Part shown: positions 21,270 to 24,020 of the stretch, in pieces | Layout: every line of letters starts with the position of its first letter | Numbering within the stretch: position 1 is the stretch's first letter | DNA from: Psilocybe cubensis | Lineage: Eukaryota | DNA length: 24,020 nucleotides | Direction: 5' to 3' | Assembly (NCBI GenBank): GCA_017499595.2 | Contig: JAFIQS020000014.1 | Coordinates: 248,001 to 272,020 of the forward strand | Notes under the pieces: generated by a model | Databases searched by the model: none | What the model was told of the DNA's origin: nothing | What the model saw: only the letters and a program-made list of their open reading frames with translations | Position numbers and translations under genes: made by a program

Positions 21270-24020
21270 CAATATTCAATAACATGCATTTTACCTCTCT
21301 GAAAAGTATGATTTGTATACTCTGCCAAACAGTCGTTGGCATTGCCGGTGTCGAACGGTGTCACCGTGAATTATAAAATAGGGGCATGTTTACTACTGAC
21401 GCTAATTCCAAACAAACGGACCGCGTCGGATTTGACTGCGGGCCCCAAGCATGATTTTTTTTCCACCATTTTTTCGAGGTCGATTGTCGTTCAGTCTCAG
21501 CGACATCGATCTCAGTACCACTAATCATCGTTTACGATATTGCACGCCATAGTCACTCCAAAAGCTTCATCATCAACCCTTAGAATCCTCAGAAGGGACT
21601 TTACTCGAACCGGCAAAAGATGATCGTCACTGTACAGGAAGGCTAGCACTTGTCTACCTAGACCTACCACCTTGCAACATATCATATCATATACACGTAC
21701 ACCGAGGCAACATCTTCGCAGGCCATATACTACAACAGCGACCGGGCAGTACCGTCATCTTCCGACACTTCCCCACCCAACACGAATATGAACCAGAACC
21801 GGAATCAGAAATAAATCCCATAACATTCGCTGACCCTCGTCGGCCCGACCTGTTCTACTATTACACTCCCGTTCCAATGCCATTCTCACCCGTGCTCCCG
21901 GCCTTCGCACTGTCATATTTTGATACTCTTCCCTGCTAGTGCTGTTGGCGGGGAGGGCTCCGAAGCATTGATTGGGTGGCTTCCTGTACAGACGACTGTC
22001 GAAGGAGGAGTGAAGGGAGGGGCAATACATGGAGAAGGGCAGGGTTCAGCGTTGGATGATTTCATAGGGAACGGTAAGTCTTGTATTCAATTTCCTCTCT
22101 GCTTGAGCGCGTAGAAAGTGCGGCGGGTGCGGTTTATGCTGCCCTGCACCCCACCCTTTCTGTTTATCTGAAAACAAGAAAATTCTTAACTGATACTCTG
22201 ATATCGATACGATGAAGCAACAGACAAATTTCTCTCGTTCCTGCACATCACCATCCAAACTGTACTTGAACAGGGACAAGACGATATTCGGAGAGATGCC
22301 GCTATTGCCCATGGGAATGGCTGGATGCATATTGGCGGTAGGTCTCTTTGCTTCCATTCCTTAAACCTATTTCAGTTCTTCGAACCGAGACCCCACTTAA
22401 ATACGGGTCAAAACTCATGTTTATTTCGCCTATGTATGTGCGGTGAATAGATCAGCGGAATATTCAAGTACTGGGACGCGTCGGTGATCCAGACGAAATC
22501 TTAGTGTCTGTGCTCGTGCAGGATGGAAAGGTGAATGATTCAATGATAATCTCTCTTCACGTCGCTCCCTTTAAAGCCACTTCCAATCATCCCCATATCC
22601 ATGACCGTATGCTGACCCAACAATTTTTCCCTCTCCAAACACCCAGATTGTACCAGGCACATACGATGCCATGCCTTCATATCTGATATGCACCGTCGAT
22701 GGTGTGTTGCAGTTCATTCTCGTGCTCGTTGGATGTCTTAGGGAAGTCTTGGTCCAGTCTTGGGCCGCTACTGCTGATGTAGACCAGGCGTATTCAGTGG
22801 GATGAGCACCTTAAACCTGGAGCCAAAAGCTGACGTGATTCGAAAATGTTGGTAACCGGACTTGAATGGCAAAGCGACGAGCGTGCCGCTGCAAATGGAA
22901 ATGTCCACTTCACCTTCAACCGTCACCATCACCACCACCCCTCTTCAAGGTTCCAACAAGACACCACCAGTCCCCTTCAAGGCTCTAAAAACATTTACAT
23001 GGACTCGAATCGTACGGTAGTATTGTTTCGACGGACAATATAAACGAGCTCTGCGCGGGTTAGTCTATATGGATGTGGGCTACACAACAGACACCAGCGG
23101 TACGTACCTGGATGTACTACAACCAACCATCGCTAACACATCCTTCAAAACTTCAACGATACACCCGCGTGGACTCGACCCGCGACCGTATACTGGACGA
23201 TAAACGGGTCAGTGTGTATAAATGGACACTGCAGACATATCTGGTATGCACCTGCATTACATACCAAACCACTCTCCCTAATACACTCAGAACACCGCCA
23301 ATCGTCTGTTCAGCGCCGTCCGGTCATGACTGACGGAGGTGTACCTGTATTATGTTAGTGATACTGGACTCGGTCTCTCAGCATGGCAGGTATACACCTG
23401 CATTCCATACCCTCAACACCCACTCAGAACCCTACCCGTTGAGTGTCTGTCGCCGTTTTCCACCACTGCTGATGGACTGTTCAGTTAGTCCACTTCACTT
23501 ACTATACTCGATAATGTGTGCTGCGCCGCAGCTTGGAAGTCGCGTCGGGAATGTCAAGGTTCGTGCAGATCAGCTGGTATAATTAATCACTATCTAGTCA
23601 CCCTACCCGTATCTGCTAATCCCACCAAGCACAGCAATTGCAGTGTCCTTCCACCCATCCCTCAACTGGTCAGACTGGGCTTGTTGGTGATGACGGTAAT
23701 CAGACGGAGATCCGTGTATAGGCAGTAACGTGTTTATTGACCTACAGGTGTGGATGCAAAGTCAATCATCATGCGAGGAGACAAAGGACGTATAGGGTAC
23801 GTATCTTTTCTACTGGTCATTCGGGTTAACGACGCGTCCCATGTTCAATAACACGCAGTTCGACTGTGAGTCGGGCGCGGTAGGCCACGTCGTATCCCAG
23901 TATTGTGCTGGGTGACATGTAAGAGGCTGAGACTCACCTGACCAGCATGCTAGCGTGGCGCGATCCGTCGTCAAGTGCATTCTCCGTGGGGTGCTCCTTG
24001 GACAACAGGTGTCGTGTCAG

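Noticed and set aside
21139-21342. ORF ending in poly-Lys
   Set aside because: Artefact of the T49 tract and the 45-bp repeat.
21540-24020. Short ORFs in the last 2.5 kb
   Set aside because: No recognisable domain, consistent splice model or terminal repeats.

Overview
Intron-rich eukaryotic DNA with short GT-AG introns and gene families typical of an agaricomycete (mushroom-forming) fungus. The left 9 kb holds three host genes: two convergent paralogues of a single-pass, Mid2/WSC-like membrane protein with the same six-exon structure, flanking a multi-pass membrane protein. The centre is a large Helitron-type rolling-circle transposon with an uninterrupted 1953-codon Rep-PIF1 helicase ORF on the minus strand. 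Head-to-head with it, across a 211-bp tandem duplication, is an intact spliced (~340 aa) ribonucleotide reductase small-subunit (R2) homologue. This R2 has lost the radical tyrosine and three of its six iron ligands, so it is a candidate transposon-borne pseudo-enzyme or re-purposed ferritin-like protein, and it is the main finding. Downstream are degenerate host fragments (probable ArfGAP, clear VPS11). The VPS11 fragment is split by a 1142-bp non-autonomous Mutator/Foldback-like element with a perfect 9-bp target-site duplication. The exact Helitron ends cannot be fixed from this window, and I recognise nothing in the last ~2.5 kb. All gene models were assembled by hand from splice signals and frame continuity; no database searches were run.
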